A stretch of DNA of 64,000 nt from NCBI GenBank assembly GCA_035555575.1, contig DATMGL010000008.1:78292-142291 (forward strand). The letters are read 5' to 3'. Made by a program: the position numbers and the translations under genes. This DNA comes from Sphingobium sp. (GTDB lineage Bacteria; Pseudomonadota; Alphaproteobacteria; Sphingomonadales; Sphingomonadaceae). This document shows positions 27,738 to 38,432 of this stretch, in pieces (position 1 is the first letter of the stretch; every line of letters starts with the position of its first letter). The notes beneath the pieces were generated by a model that saw only the letters and a program-made list of their open reading frames with translations, did not search any database and was not told the origin of the DNA.

Positions 27738-28373
27738 ATGGCGACTTATATCTATGAGGCTCGTCGACATGGGAGAATATCCCCCTATCTGATCTCGCTC
27801 TGGAGCGGATATCATGCCGCGGCCCTGACGCTTTCGGCTTTCGTGCTGCTCAATCTCTGGTCGGACAACCCCACCGGCACCTTTGGCGGCCTGATCTTCG
27901 CCTGCATGATCGGCGGCGCGCTCGGCGGCCGCTTCGGCCAGATGCTCGCACGCCGGCCACCCTATATGATGCGCCTCATCCTGCTGCTCATTCTCGCAGC
28001 GATCCTCTCCGGCATCACAGCCATCTATGGCGAGGGTCTCGCAGGCTTCATGCTTCAGGGAGACGAGAGCAGCAGCCTCGCCACCTTGCCCGTCACGGGT
28101 CTGCTGTTCGTGCCGCCACTCCTGTTACTGGCCGCGCTCCCGTCTTATGCAACGGCCGTGCTGCGGCGTCGTCGCGGCAGCGCGGGTTCGGCCAATGGCG
28201 CGATATCGCTGTTCACCTGGACCGGCTATGGGCTCGGGATCATTGTGACAAGCCGCTGCTTCGCCCATGGGCTTGAGCCATGGACCATGTTGAAAAGCCT
28301 GGGCATTATCGCACTGATCCTGGCGCTCGCTGTCCTGCCCAGGCATCTGCCGCGCCGCGCCAGAGGACGCTGA
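27738..28373 (+). CDS. Hypothetical multi-pass membrane protein
   Basis: 211 aa ORF with ~6 hydrophobic segments, preceded by GGAAG. Confidence 0.5.
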   Translation: MATYIYEARRHGRISPYLISLWSGYHAAALTLSAFVLLNLWSDNPTGTFGGLIFACMIGGALGGRFGQMLARRPPYMMRLILLLILAAILSGITAIYGEGLAGFMLQGDESSSLATLPVTGLLFVPPLLLLAALPSYATAVLRRRRGSAGSANGAISLFTWTGYGLGIIVTSRCFAHGLEPWTMLKSLGIIALILALAVLPRHLPRRARGR

Positions 28374-28438
28374 CCGGCGCAGCCGAGCCGGCGGGCGCGG
28401 CCGTCGCATCCGCCACGCTCCATGTCATCGCATCGTCG

Positions 28439-29779
28439 TCAGGCGCTGTTTCCACGCGAGAATTTCGACGCGATATAGGCATTCTCGTTCATCTGGTGCT
28501 CAAGCTGCCCTTCCAGCTCATGGATACGCTGCGTCAGTTGCTCGATCGAAGCGGCGTAACTGACTTCCATATCCTGATTGCGCTGGGTGAGCGTCGACGC
28601 CTCATTCTCCAGCCGCCGGATATCGACTTCGCTGACCCGCAGCGACTGGGAGAGGGCGTCAATCCGGGCGACCATCGCCAGCCGCGCCTGATCGAGCTGC
28701 TTGCGCGCGTTCAGCGCAGCTTCGCCGTCGACCGTGAGCCGGCCTACCTTGGCCTCGTAACGGGACATCTGGACTTCGTTGCGCCGGTTGGCCTCCAGCG
28801 CCTCGCGCAGATCCTTGGCGAATTTCTCATTCTCGCTCTTCAGGTCGGCATTGACCTTCTGAAGCATATGCTCCCGGGCGTGAACGGATTTCAGCTCATT
28901 GTTGAGCACGCCGAGTTGCTCGTCCTTCAGGCGGACGTCTTTCTGATAGCGCTCGAAACTCGCCGTCAACTCTGTCCGGCTATCGCTCACCAACTTGTCG
29001 AGATGGGCTTTCTCTTTCTCCACCTGATGGGTTTCATGGACCAGCCGGGCATTCTCATCCCGGGCGCCGGCAAGCTGCTCGTCCTTCTGCCGTAATTCGC
29101 TGTCCAGCACGTCGCATCGCTCGCCCAGGCTCGTCGCCTTCTCGAAGCTGTCCTGATATTTTCCCGAGAGACTGTCGATCCGCTGCTCGTCATGGGCGAC
29201 GGTGAGTTTGAGCGCCGCACATTCCTGCCGCAGGACGGTTTCCTCATCGGCCGCGGCCGCCAGCGCCGTCTGCGCTTCCTGGAGCTTCTCCTCCAGTTCG
29301 CGTTTCGCCACGCCGAGAAGCTGCACATTCTGCTCATAGGATTCGATGTTGGCGAGCGCCTTCTCCAGCTTCATCTCGCCATCATCATAGCTGGCGCGCA
29401 AGGCTTGATGGTCCTCCTCCACCTGCGAGCAATGCAGCTCCAGCCCCTGAAGCTCCGCTTCAAGACGCTCCTTGTCCCGCCCGAGCGTGACATTGAGCAG
29501 GGCGAGATCATGATATTGCCGCAGGAAATGGTCGAACGTCCGTCGCAGGTCCGTAATGTCGGCCGCCAACGCGTTGACATGCGCCAATCGGCCATCGAGA
29601 TCGCCAAAAATATCCCGGATGTTGCCGGTTCGCTCGCCCAGATCGCCAAACAAGGCCGCATTCAGCCGCCCGTCCTTCTCCACGAAGGACACAACGCTAG
29701 ATACATTGCCTCCGCCTGTATTCAATGCGAGAGCGGCAGATTGATCCTTCCTCGCGAAAATATTGAATAGCCTGGCCAT
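28439..29779 (-). CDS. Crescentin-like long coiled-coil (intermediate-filament-like) protein
   Basis: 446 aa with a short head and a continuous heptad-rich rod. GERTGNIRDIFGDLDGRLAHVNAL and DQARLAMVARIDAL recall Caulobacter CreS segments (from memory). Confidence 0.6.
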   Translation of the reverse strand: MARLFNIFARKDQSAALALNTGGGNVSSVVSFVEKDGRLNAALFGDLGERTGNIRDIFGDLDGRLAHVNALAADITDLRRTFDHFLRQYHDLALLNVTLGRDKERLEAELQGLELHCSQVEEDHQALRASYDDGEMKLEKALANIESYEQNVQLLGVAKRELEEKLQEAQTALAAAADEETVLRQECAALKLTVAHDEQRIDSLSGKYQDSFEKATSLGERCDVLDSELRQKDEQLAGARDENARLVHETHQVEKEKAHLDKLVSDSRTELTASFERYQKDVRLKDEQLGVLNNELKSVHAREHMLQKVNADLKSENEKFAKDLREALEANRRNEVQMSRYEAKVGRLTVDGEAALNARKQLDQARLAMVARIDALSQSLRVSEVDIRRLENEASTLTQRNQDMEVSYAASIEQLTQRIHELEGQLEHQMNENAYIASKFSRGNSA

Positions 29780-29834
29780 ATCTTTCCTATCAGTCAGTTG
29801 ATTTTTTTAGAGCTGCTTCCGTCATTCCGATCGG

Positions 29835-30395
29835 TCACTTGCCGGAAATTGCGTCAAAATATTCCGTCATGCCGTCGAACCCGGTTTTCGTCATTCTTTG
29901 ATATTGGACTCTTCCATCCAGATGGGACGACTTCTTGGTTATCAATCCCACATCCTCCAGATGCTTTATCCACCGGAGCGCCGTGCTGTTAGGAGCAGAG
30001 GATGACAGGACGAGATTGCTCGTCGAAATGTTTTCATCCTTGATCTCGCCGGCATAAAGCTCCAGCAACATGTCCCAGCCAGGTTCACCAAAGATCTTCT
30101 TGTCGAAATAGCGCTCACGCATTCGCCGAGATCGATATTGATGCTTGGCGAAGTCCGCGAAACTGCCTTTCGACCAGATATGATAATCCCCCTTGGAAGG
30201 GAGATCATCGAGCGTCGCGCCGACCATGACCATCGCCTCTGATTCCGCCTCATCCGCCATGGACAGGATATCCCGCGCCATCGAGCGGAATTGCGCGGCC
30301 CGCTCGAACAGTTCCTGCGCGCGGCCCTTATCGTTTTTCGGCTTTTCGAAAGGAGCCAGTCGGCCCAGATATTGGCGAACTATTTGCACCGTCAT
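29835..30395 (-). CDS. MarR-like winged-helix transcriptional regulator
   Basis: FGEPGWDMLLELY...STSNL..SSAPNSTALRWIKHLEDVGLI...DGRV is a typical sphingomonad wHTH family pattern. Confidence 0.8.
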   Translation of the reverse strand: MTVQIVRQYLGRLAPFEKPKNDKGRAQELFERAAQFRSMARDILSMADEAESEAMVMVGATLDDLPSKGDYHIWSKGSFADFAKHQYRSRRMRERYFDKKIFGEPGWDMLLELYAGEIKDENISTSNLVLSSSAPNSTALRWIKHLEDVGLITKKSSHLDGRVQYQRMTKTGFDGMTEYFDAISGK

Positions 30396-30660
30396 GACCT
30401 ATCTTTCATTTCGAGCATCGCTTTGAAAGAACATGCCTTCACTGAAGGTCTCTGCGAGACGCAGCGCCATCCTCCCCCGCTCAGGAAGAAGTCTGTCGCT
30501 GCGCCTCGCCTCCCCGATGCGACCCGAGGGACACCAACCAGACCCACGCACCATGCGGGAATCGTCGGCGGAGATGACCGCAAGACGCGCGGCAAATGTC
30601 GCGCGCCCGGCACCGCAGTGATGTCGCGTCCATGATGACCGGGGGTGTGGCGGCCCTCCA

Positions 30661-30855
30661 TCAGAAACCGCCCCGCGTCAGTGCGATGATCGCCCACCAC
30701 AGCACCACGGAAACAGGCGTTGCGACGGCCATGCCCTTGACGAACATATCGCCGTCATCGGGCCAGGTTTCCGCCCGCCGACAGGCTTGATCATGCTCGC
30801 CCGCCGCCGCTGTCCATATGCGGTCCCGGCTCTCCTGTCGGTCAGCGAGCGACAT
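30661..30855 (-). CDS. Small hypothetical membrane protein
   Basis: 64 aa, starting 40 bp after the TpsA stop behind GGGAG. C-terminal TM MAVATPVSVVLWWAIIAL. Confidence 0.4.
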   Translation of the reverse strand: MSLADRQESRDRIWTAAAGEHDQACRRAETWPDDGDMFVKGMAVATPVSVVLWWAIIALTRGGF

Positions 30856-30895
30856 GCGTCATCATCTCCCCATATGATTCCGGACCGCCCATCCG

Positions 30896-33800
30896 TCAGT
30901 CCAGATCGCTTGCTGTGAGTTCACGCGCCATTTCGAGACCCGGATCATCGAGCTGGATCACAATCGCGGTGTAACCGCGCCGCAGCAGGTCGCCGAGGCC
31001 GCCGACCCCGTTGACGACAACGGGCGGCTGCGCACCGCCTGCGCCCCCGTCCGGTGCGAGCAGAGCGAGGGCCAGGTGCGCAGGAAGGCTGATCTCGCCC
31101 CCGGCGCCGATCGTCCCGCCGGCAGGAAGAACGAACCGGTCGATAATGATCTGGCTGGGGCTGATGTCGCCATTCCCCACCACCGGCTGATCATTGACAA
31201 TGAAGGAACCGCTTTCATTCGTGGTGATCTTGCCGAACGCGCCGGTCACTGTTCCGCCCGGCGCCTTCACCGTTACCGCACCGCCATTCACCTGAACGTC
31301 GAGCGGCGTGTCGGAGGTCAGGGCGACGGCCCCGCCGGCGCTGATCCGCGATGTCACCGCGCCGGGCGCCGCCACGGCGACACCGCCCCCCGCCGTGATC
31401 GAACTCGAGATGCCACCGGCGCCGGCGGTGAGCGAGGCATCGCCCGTCGTGACGACCTGCGAACTGATCGAGCCCAGGTCCGCACGGACATTCACCGGCC
31501 CGCCGGCGTTGATGCTGCCGCTGACGTCGCCACTGGATGCCGTAAGACTGACGCCGCCGCCGGCCGTGACGTTGCTCGATATCCCCGTCTGCGATGCGAT
31601 GGTGGCCGTGCCACCTGCCGCGATGGAGCCGCCGACCGCGCCGCCGGCCGTGACCGTCACGCCGCTTTGCGACGACACATTGCGCGCGACATCGCTCATA
31701 TAGGCGAGCAGGACCGGCCCGCCCGCAATGATTGATCCGGTGCCGGAGTCATTGGCGGTGACCGCAACGGAACCGCCCGCCCGGATCGGCCCGCTCTCGC
31801 TGCCCGCCACCGAGGCGCTGACATTGCCCAGCGTATCCAGCGTGTTCGCGGTGAACCGCTGGTCGCCACTCAGCTGCGACGCGAAATCGCCCGCCAGCTT
31901 CACCGTCGCTGCGGAGAAATCACCGCCGGTGATCGTCAAGCTGCCGAGCCGCAGCGCATCGCTGCCGACATTGCCGAGCAGGATGGCACCTTCACCCGTT
32001 GCGCCCGCGAGGCCGGAACCGGTGACGATCTCGACATTCTGGCCGCCATGGCTGGTCCCGATCAGCTGCGCGCCGATCGTCACCGCGCCACGGGCGGGCC
32101 GCGTGTCGAACTGCGTGACCGATCGGGTCACGCGCACCGTCGCATCGGCAGCGTCACCGGATAAGCGCAGGCTGTTCGCGGCATAGCGCGCGCCGTTGAG
32201 TATCGTCCGGTTCGCTACCATGTTCACCGCGTCGAGCCGGACCCGGCTGCCCAGCGCGCCGAGTTCCGCCGTGCCGGCATGCACGGTAAAGCCCTGCCGC
32301 CCCGCCACGGTTCCATCCACCATGCCGAACCGCGCGGTGCCCGAGGCGACCAGGTTGGTGCTGCCGGTCAGGCTCGTTGCGCCATCGACGGTGAAATCAC
32401 GCGCGTCATAGCTGCCGGAAAGACTTGTCGCGCCGGTGTAGCGCTGGCTCCCGCTCGTGGTGACGTCGGCCGTGACAATCGTCGTGCCGGTCACGCCGAG
32501 CCCGGCAAGCGACGACTGGCCGAGGCTCACCCGCCCGCCGGCCAGTGTGAGCGCCGCGGTGCCGGTCACGCCGGCGATGCTGATATCGCCTGCGAGCGCA
32601 TGGATGCTGGTGTCGCCGTTCAGCAGGAGCCTGTCGGCGGTAAAATCCCCCGTAGCGAGCGTCAACTGGCCGATGAGGCGACTGCCGGCACCGGCCAGCG
32701 TCAGCCCATTAAGGGTCACATCGCCGAAGTTCAGCGTGCGAATGCCGCGAAGCATGGCATTCTCGGCATAGGTGCCGGACGCGACATGGATGGCATCGCC
32801 GTCGGTCGAGGCGGCAAACGCCGTCTGGATCGACAAGGCCGCGCGGCCGCCGCCAGCAAGCGTCCCCCGTCCAACGTGGAAATCCGCACTATTGCCGGTG
32901 CCGCTCCAGCCCTGCACGACGCTCGCGCCCGTGGCGCCAAGGTTTACAGCAAAGTCGAAGGCGTTTTGACGGCTGTTCTGGAAGTAGGTGAACTGCGCCC
33001 CATCAGGCCGATGCGCGTCGTTCCGAACCGTAAAGCCATAGCCCGCAATGGTGAGCAGGCCCGGGTCCAGCAGCGTCGAGGAGTCCTGCAGATAAAGACC
33101 GGCCGCCTCGCCAAACCGGTTGCTCGCCTCGATCACCACGCCGGTCAGTTGCTGATTGCTGCCGCCCCCGGCGACATTATTCGCCTGATAAAGCGCCAGG
33201 CCGCCCCAGGCGTTGCCTGAGGTGTGGCTGTTACGCACCGTCACGTTCGCGCTGTCGGTGATCGCGATCCCGGTGCCGGCCGTCACGCCGGTCACGGTCA
33301 CGCCGTCGATCAGCGCGCCGACCGCCGCATTGAGGTCAAGGCCGGTCTTGCGCGAGCCGTTGATCGTCACATCGGTGATCGAGAAGCCGGTGTTGCGGGC
33401 AAAGGCGTCGCCCACCGCTTCGACCTTGATGCCATAATTGGAATTGCCCAGCGCGGCCGACGAGCCGTTGAGCGTGAAGCCGCTCAGCGTCACCGCGTCA
33501 CCCTTGACGCGGATGCCATAGCTATTGTGGCCGCTGGCATCGAGCAGGGTGACGCCCTGCCCCTGCCCGCTCACGGTCATGCCCTTTTCGAGAAGCAGGG
33601 TGTTGGTGAGCAGATGCGTGCCTGCCGACAGGTTGAGCACATCGCCTGCCGTCGCGAGCGATACCGCCCGCAGCGCACTATCCGGGCCCGAACCGGACGT
33701 CACGAAAAGCTGGCCAGCGACCAGACGGGCAAGGCCGGCGCCAGCCACATCGACACCATGGGTGATCAGGTCTTCGAGCGTGAACAGCTCATCCAGCGCC

Positions 33801-36800
33801 AGATCACCTGCCCGCGTGCCGTTGAACGACACGCCGGTCAGGTCGAGCGAGCTCCCGCTGCGCCACATGATATGCTGGACCGTGTCCGCGCCGGCGACGA
33901 AGTCGTTGATCCCCGCGAAGCTGATCGTGCCCGCACCGGACAGCGTGGTCGGCAGGTAGATCGCATAGCCATTGTTGACGAAGCTGTTGTCGATGAAGCG
34001 GGTCGTGCCCGGCAGCGCATAACCCGGCTCGACCGCGAACACCTGATGATTGTTGGTGAACTGATTGCCGGTGACGTTGAGCGTGCCGACATCCCGCATC
34101 ATCAGCACCGCGCCATAGGTGGCCTCGCCGGCAGGGGTCCAACTGCTCGTGCCGACATTGCTGACGCGGTTGCCGGTAAAATCCACCTGACTGGCGCGGA
34201 AAGCCTTGAAAATCGCGCCGAACGACTGATCCGAAGCGCCGCCATTGCGGACGATATTATCAGCGATGGTGATCGTCGGATAAGCGCCCGCGCCCGCCTG
34301 TTGGCGCAAGGCAATGTGCCCGGCCGTATTATCCAGCAGATTATCCGAGAAGACAGCGCTGCTGATCTGCGTGCCATCCGTCGCGGTGCCCGCGCCGCTG
34401 CGCGTATCGAAGGCCGCCCAGCCGCGAATGTTGAGGAACTGCGAATTGGTGATCGAGATGGCACCACCATATTGGCCGCCCGAGAAGCCGTGGCGCCCGG
34501 CCACGCCCTCTCCATCGATCCGCACGCCGTCCACCGTCAGGTTGGTCACATGCCCGCCGCCGATCACGGACGAGCCCGCCGCGCCGCTGACGGCGAAGTT
34601 GCTGAGCGTCAGGTCGCTGAACGTGCCGGAGAGCTGGATACCGCCGGTGAGCAGGGTCGCGCCCATGCCCGCGCCGTTAAGCGTGAGGCCCTTGTCGATC
34701 GTGACGGTCTCCGCGAAGGTTCCAGCGCCCGCATTGATCGTGCCACCGGCCCGCGCATCGCGTATCGCGGTGTTGATCGAGAGGCCGTCAATCACGGAGA
34801 AGATGTTGGTTCCGAAACCGTCCGCGAACCCCTCGATCGAGCTGGCGCCTGCCGTGCCGATGCCCAGCGCGAAGGCGGCGGCGTCGTCAAAGCTGGTGCG
34901 GTAGAAGGCGAACTGGCTATCGAGGCCGTCGCTACGATGATCGCTGTTGCGCACCACATAGTCGAAGCCCGCCAGATGAAGCGGCCCGAAGCCTTGCGTG
35001 ACCGATTCAAGCTGCGAGTAGAGGCCGATCGCCTCCTCAAACCGGTTGTCGCTGGCGTCAATGGTGATCCCGCCGGTCTGCCCGCTATAGCCGCTCGCCT
35101 TGTTGGCCTGATAGAGCGCGACCCCGCCCCACTCGTTGCCGAGCGTGTGGACGCCGCTCAGCGTCACATTCGCGCTGTCGGTGATCTGGATGCCGGCGCC
35201 GCCGGTCAGCACCGCGGGATCGGCCACGCTGCGACCATCGGCCGTGACATTGGTGATGGTCGCGCCCACCACACCGTTGAGATCCAGCTCGGCGCGGCGT
35301 GACCCGCGGATCGTCACATCGCTGATCGCAAAGTTGGACAGGCGCTGGCTGGAGCCGCCGGGGGTGTTCACATGGCCCGCCGGATCGGGCTGGACCTTGA
35401 TCCCATAGTTGCCGAGCAACTGTTCACTGCCATAAAGGGTGAAGTTGCCGAGCGTCACATTGTCGGCGAAGACCGAGATCGTGCCCAGACCATTCGAGCC
35501 CGGACCGGTGCCGACAGCACGCCCGTCGAGGATCACCCCCGCCTCGGATTGGCCGATCAACGCGATCGACCTGGCGATCACGAGCGGAGACCCGCCCAGA
35601 TCATAGGTGCCGTTCAGCATCCGCACCGTGTCGCCGGCCTGCGCGACGGCCACCGTCTCCGCGATGCCGGTGGTGATCGCGATCGTTTCGTAGCTCTCCG
35701 CCCCGTCAATGACCTCGACACCGCGCGCGCGGCCATCGCTCCTGAAGGCCAGCACGCCGCCATCGCCAAAGATGTTGTCGGTGAAGATGTGGCCCCAGTC
35801 GAGTGCCTCGCTGAGGATACCGACAGACCGCACGGGCACATCGACACCGCTGAAGCTGTTGCCGGTGATCGTGGCGGCCCCGGTCGGGTCCTGCTGCCAG
35901 CCGATAGCCGGAATGCGCCCCTGGAACTGGATGCCGCCCTGTCCGGCAAGATCATTGCCGAAGAACTGGTTGCCCGAGAGGATGCGCTGCGACGCGGCGC
36001 TGTTGAGGCCGACACCGCCGGCGATCTTCACCATGGCGCTGGGGATGCTGCCATGGGTTGCCGCGCTGCCCCCGTAGAAGATGTTGTCCTCGAGCGTGAA
36101 GCGCTCGACAATGTCGCCTTCGCCAAAGCTGCTGATGAAAAAGTTGATCTCGGTCGCGTTGCCGCGATTGTCGATCACCGAATGACGCATGGTGAACGCG
36201 TCGCCGATCACCTCGAACGCCTTGTTGTCGCCATTGGCATAGGGCTTGAAGCCCAGCCCCTCGATCGTCACGCCCGTGCCGGAGACGAAATGCTGCGCGC
36301 CAAAACCGGCCTGATGGGCAGCGGTGACATAAGCGGCGACCGCGTTGGCATCGGTGATCGCGGCCCCTTGCGCATCGACGCCGCGGATCGTGATATGATC
36401 CTTGGTAACATACAGGCCGAACATCTGGCCGCCGGCCCCGCCGAAATAATCGACGCCGGTCACGCCTTCGATATAGTCGCCCGGCCGCACCGTGACCGTG
36501 CCACCGGTGACGACGGCGTCGACGCCGCCCTGCACCGTGTTGATCGGGCTTGGCGCCGCGCCCTGCGCGTTCGTCGTGCCGGCGGGGTCGACAGTCACAT
36601 GCGTGCGGTTCGACGCGGTATAAGCCTGATTATAGACCGAGAGCCCGCCATTGGCCCGGCTCAGCGCCAGCAGCCGTGCCTGTTCATCAAGCGATGGCCC
36701 CGCCCCCAGCAAGCCGTTGCCCGAGGTGGTGGCGCTCCCGTCCCAGATGCCGTTCAGATGGAGGATGACGCCCCATTCATTGCCGAACGGGCCATCCTCG

Positions 36801-38383
36801 TTGCCGCTGATATTGAATCCCGGCGCCGCGGCATCGACATATTGCACGGAGATCGCGCTCTTGGTGTTGTCGATCAGATTGCCGGTGATCGCAAGGCTGG
36901 TGGCGCCGCGCCCGTCGACCAGCAGGCCGTTACGGACGCCGGTGATCACATTATCGGCGATCGTCGCATTGTCCACGCCATTGGCCAGCGCGATGCCCCG
37001 CGTGATCGACCCGTTCCAGTCGACATCCCACGCCGCCTGATCCGCAGGCAGCGTGCCCGCGAATGTCAGGCCCGTGACCCTCGCGCCGTTGCCGCTGACG
37101 TTCAGGCCGTTGATCGGGCCACCGGTCAGCGGCACCCGGATCGTCGCGACGCCGCCGCCGTCGATCGTGACATTGTTCCGGCCGATCGTCGCGCCGGCGG
37201 CATAAATGCCCGCGCCAAGGTCAAGCGTGGTGCCGCCTGCCACCATGCCGATCACGCCCAGCGCATCCGCGATGAAATTGCCGTCACCTGTCGTATCCGC
37301 ACCGTTCACGTCGAGGGCGAGCGAGAGCGCCCCGCCGGTCACGCCGATGCTGCCCGCTCCCAGGATATGCCGGGCACCGAGCGCCAGATGGCCCGTCGCC
37401 GCGACATCGTCCGCAACGTTGATCTCGTTGACAGCCTCGACACGCGCACGGCCGGCCGCACCTGCGTCGATGCCGCCGCCCAGCCGGACATTGCCGGTGC
37501 CAGCCGACAGCAGGATGGTGCCATCCGGGTCCGCGGTTGCGCTCGCCACGGAGATGACACCGGTATTGACCACCTGATCAATCACCGCGCTCACAGCCTT
37601 CGCGGTCATCAGGACATGTCCGCCGCCTGCGTTGATCGTGCCGCTATTCTCTATGAGCGCATTGTCGCTGCCCAGTCCGATCTCAAGAAAGCCGGTGCCG
37701 TCCAGATCGAGCGTGGCGCTGCTGCCAGACGCGAGCATCACATGGCCGAGGCGGGCGTTGATAATGCCCTGATTGCGAACGACCGGCGCGAAGAAGGCGG
37801 CGATCCCCTGATCGGCGATGCTGATGCTTGCGCCAGCTTGGACGATGATTTCGCTGGTCGAAGCGCCGGACGCTGCAAAGGTGATCGGACCGCCGCTCAT
37901 GAAATTCTGATCGACGATAGTCGCAGTGCTGGCGATCAACCCGCCCACATTGACATCCGCCGTGCCGGCAAAAAGAACGCCGTTGCCGTTGATCACCGCA
38001 ACGATCCCGTTGGCGTTGAGCTGGCCGGCGATTTGCGAGGGCGCATCCCCCCCAACGACCCGGTTGAGCGCGACGGAACGGCTGCCGGGCTGGGAAAAGT
38101 TCACCTGCGCCCCAGAGCCGATATCGAAGCTGTCCCAGTTGATGAGCGCCCGGTCACTCGTCTGGGTGATCTGCAACGTGCCGCCGCCCGGCGCGCCGAT
38201 CGTCGCTGTGCCACCGACCACCACACCGCCGGTCGGGAGCGCGCTGGCATCCTGCGCGAACACAGGCCGCGCGGCCACCAGTGCGAGCAGTGCGGCCGAT
38301 GCCATGAGCATGGGCCGCGGCCGCAAGAGCACGCCACGACCAGTCGGATCAGCGACCGCTCCAGCGACGTTATACTTGCTCAT
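30896..38383 (-). CDS. Two-partner secretion exoprotein (TpsA, filamentous haemagglutinin family) with parallel beta-helix modules
   Basis: Signal peptide ending ..VFAQ. TPS domain ALINWDSFDIG...ALNRV...GQLNANG..INGNGVLF. G/T/S/N/V-rich beta-helix repeats. Adjacent to TpsB. Confidence 0.9.
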   Translation of the reverse strand: MSKYNVAGAVADPTGRGVLLRPRPMLMASAALLALVAARPVFAQDASALPTGGVVVGGTATIGAPGGGTLQITQTSDRALINWDSFDIGSGAQVNFSQPGSRSVALNRVVGGDAPSQIAGQLNANGIVAVINGNGVLFAGTADVNVGGLIASTATIVDQNFMSGGPITFAASGASTSEIIVQAGASISIADQGIAAFFAPVVRNQGIINARLGHVMLASGSSATLDLDGTGFLEIGLGSDNALIENSGTINAGGGHVLMTAKAVSAVIDQVVNTGVISVASATADPDGTILLSAGTGNVRLGGGIDAGAAGRARVEAVNEINVADDVAATGHLALGARHILGAGSIGVTGGALSLALDVNGADTTGDGNFIADALGVIGMVAGGTTLDLGAGIYAAGATIGRNNVTIDGGGVATIRVPLTGGPINGLNVSGNGARVTGLTFAGTLPADQAAWDVDWNGSITRGIALANGVDNATIADNVITGVRNGLLVDGRGATSLAITGNLIDNTKSAISVQYVDAAAPGFNISGNEDGPFGNEWGVILHLNGIWDGSATTSGNGLLGAGPSLDEQARLLALSRANGGLSVYNQAYTASNRTHVTVDPAGTTNAQGAAPSPINTVQGGVDAVVTGGTVTVRPGDYIEGVTGVDYFGGAGGQMFGLYVTKDHITIRGVDAQGAAITDANAVAAYVTAAHQAGFGAQHFVSGTGVTIEGLGFKPYANGDNKAFEVIGDAFTMRHSVIDNRGNATEINFFISSFGEGDIVERFTLEDNIFYGGSAATHGSIPSAMVKIAGGVGLNSAASQRILSGNQFFGNDLAGQGGIQFQGRIPAIGWQQDPTGAATITGNSFSGVDVPVRSVGILSEALDWGHIFTDNIFGDGGVLAFRSDGRARGVEVIDGAESYETIAITTGIAETVAVAQAGDTVRMLNGTYDLGGSPLVIARSIALIGQSEAGVILDGRAVGTGPGSNGLGTISVFADNVTLGNFTLYGSEQLLGNYGIKVQPDPAGHVNTPGGSSQRLSNFAISDVTIRGSRRAELDLNGVVGATITNVTADGRSVADPAVLTGGAGIQITDSANVTLSGVHTLGNEWGGVALYQANKASGYSGQTGGITIDASDNRFEEAIGLYSQLESVTQGFGPLHLAGFDYVVRNSDHRSDGLDSQFAFYRTSFDDAAAFALGIGTAGASSIEGFADGFGTNIFSVIDGLSINTAIRDARAGGTINAGAGTFAETVTIDKGLTLNGAGMGATLLTGGIQLSGTFSDLTLSNFAVSGAAGSSVIGGGHVTNLTVDGVRIDGEGVAGRHGFSGGQYGGAISITNSQFLNIRGWAAFDTRSGAGTATDGTQISSAVFSDNLLDNTAGHIALRQQAGAGAYPTITIADNIVRNGGASDQSFGAIFKAFRASQVDFTGNRVSNVGTSSWTPAGEATYGAVLMMRDVGTLNVTGNQFTNNHQVFAVEPGYALPGTTRFIDNSFVNNGYAIYLPTTLSGAGTISFAGINDFVAGADTVQHIMWRSGSSLDLTGVSFNGTRAGDLALDELFTLEDLITHGVDVAGAGLARLVAGQLFVTSGSGPDSALRAVSLATAGDVLNLSAGTHLLTNTLLLEKGMTVSGQGQGVTLLDASGHNSYGIRVKGDAVTLSGFTLNGSSAALGNSNYGIKVEAVGDAFARNTGFSITDVTINGSRKTGLDLNAAVGALIDGVTVTGVTAGTGIAITDSANVTVRNSHTSGNAWGGLALYQANNVAGGGSNQQLTGVVIEASNRFGEAAGLYLQDSSTLLDPGLLTIAGYGFTVRNDAHRPDGAQFTYFQNSRQNAFDFAVNLGATGASVVQGWSGTGNSADFHVGRGTLAGGGRAALSIQTAFAASTDGDAIHVASGTYAENAMLRGIRTLNFGDVTLNGLTLAGAGSRLIGQLTLATGDFTADRLLLNGDTSIHALAGDISIAGVTGTAALTLAGGRVSLGQSSLAGLGVTGTTIVTADVTTSGSQRYTGATSLSGSYDARDFTVDGATSLTGSTNLVASGTARFGMVDGTVAGRQGFTVHAGTAELGALGSRVRLDAVNMVANRTILNGARYAANSLRLSGDAADATVRVTRSVTQFDTRPARGAVTIGAQLIGTSHGGQNVEIVTGSGLAGATGEGAILLGNVGSDALRLGSLTITGGDFSAATVKLAGDFASQLSGDQRFTANTLDTLGNVSASVAGSESGPIRAGGSVAVTANDSGTGSIIAGGPVLLAYMSDVARNVSSQSGVTVTAGGAVGGSIAAGGTATIASQTGISSNVTAGGGVSLTASSGDVSGSINAGGPVNVRADLGSISSQVVTTGDASLTAGAGGISSSITAGGGVAVAAPGAVTSRISAGGAVALTSDTPLDVQVNGGAVTVKAPGGTVTGAFGKITTNESGSFIVNDQPVVGNGDISPSQIIIDRFVLPAGGTIGAGGEISLPAHLALALLAPDGGAGGAQPPVVVNGVGGLGDLLRRGYTAIVIQLDDPGLEMARELTASDLD

Positions 38384-38432
38384 TTATCTCTCCACAAAAA
38401 AATCAGACGTCACGACAGCCACGCTGTCGCGG

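Noticed and set aside
30896-31300. TpsA as a CdiA contact-dependent toxin
   Set aside because: There is no VENN/PT domain, no toxin-like C-terminus and no convincing immunity gene.
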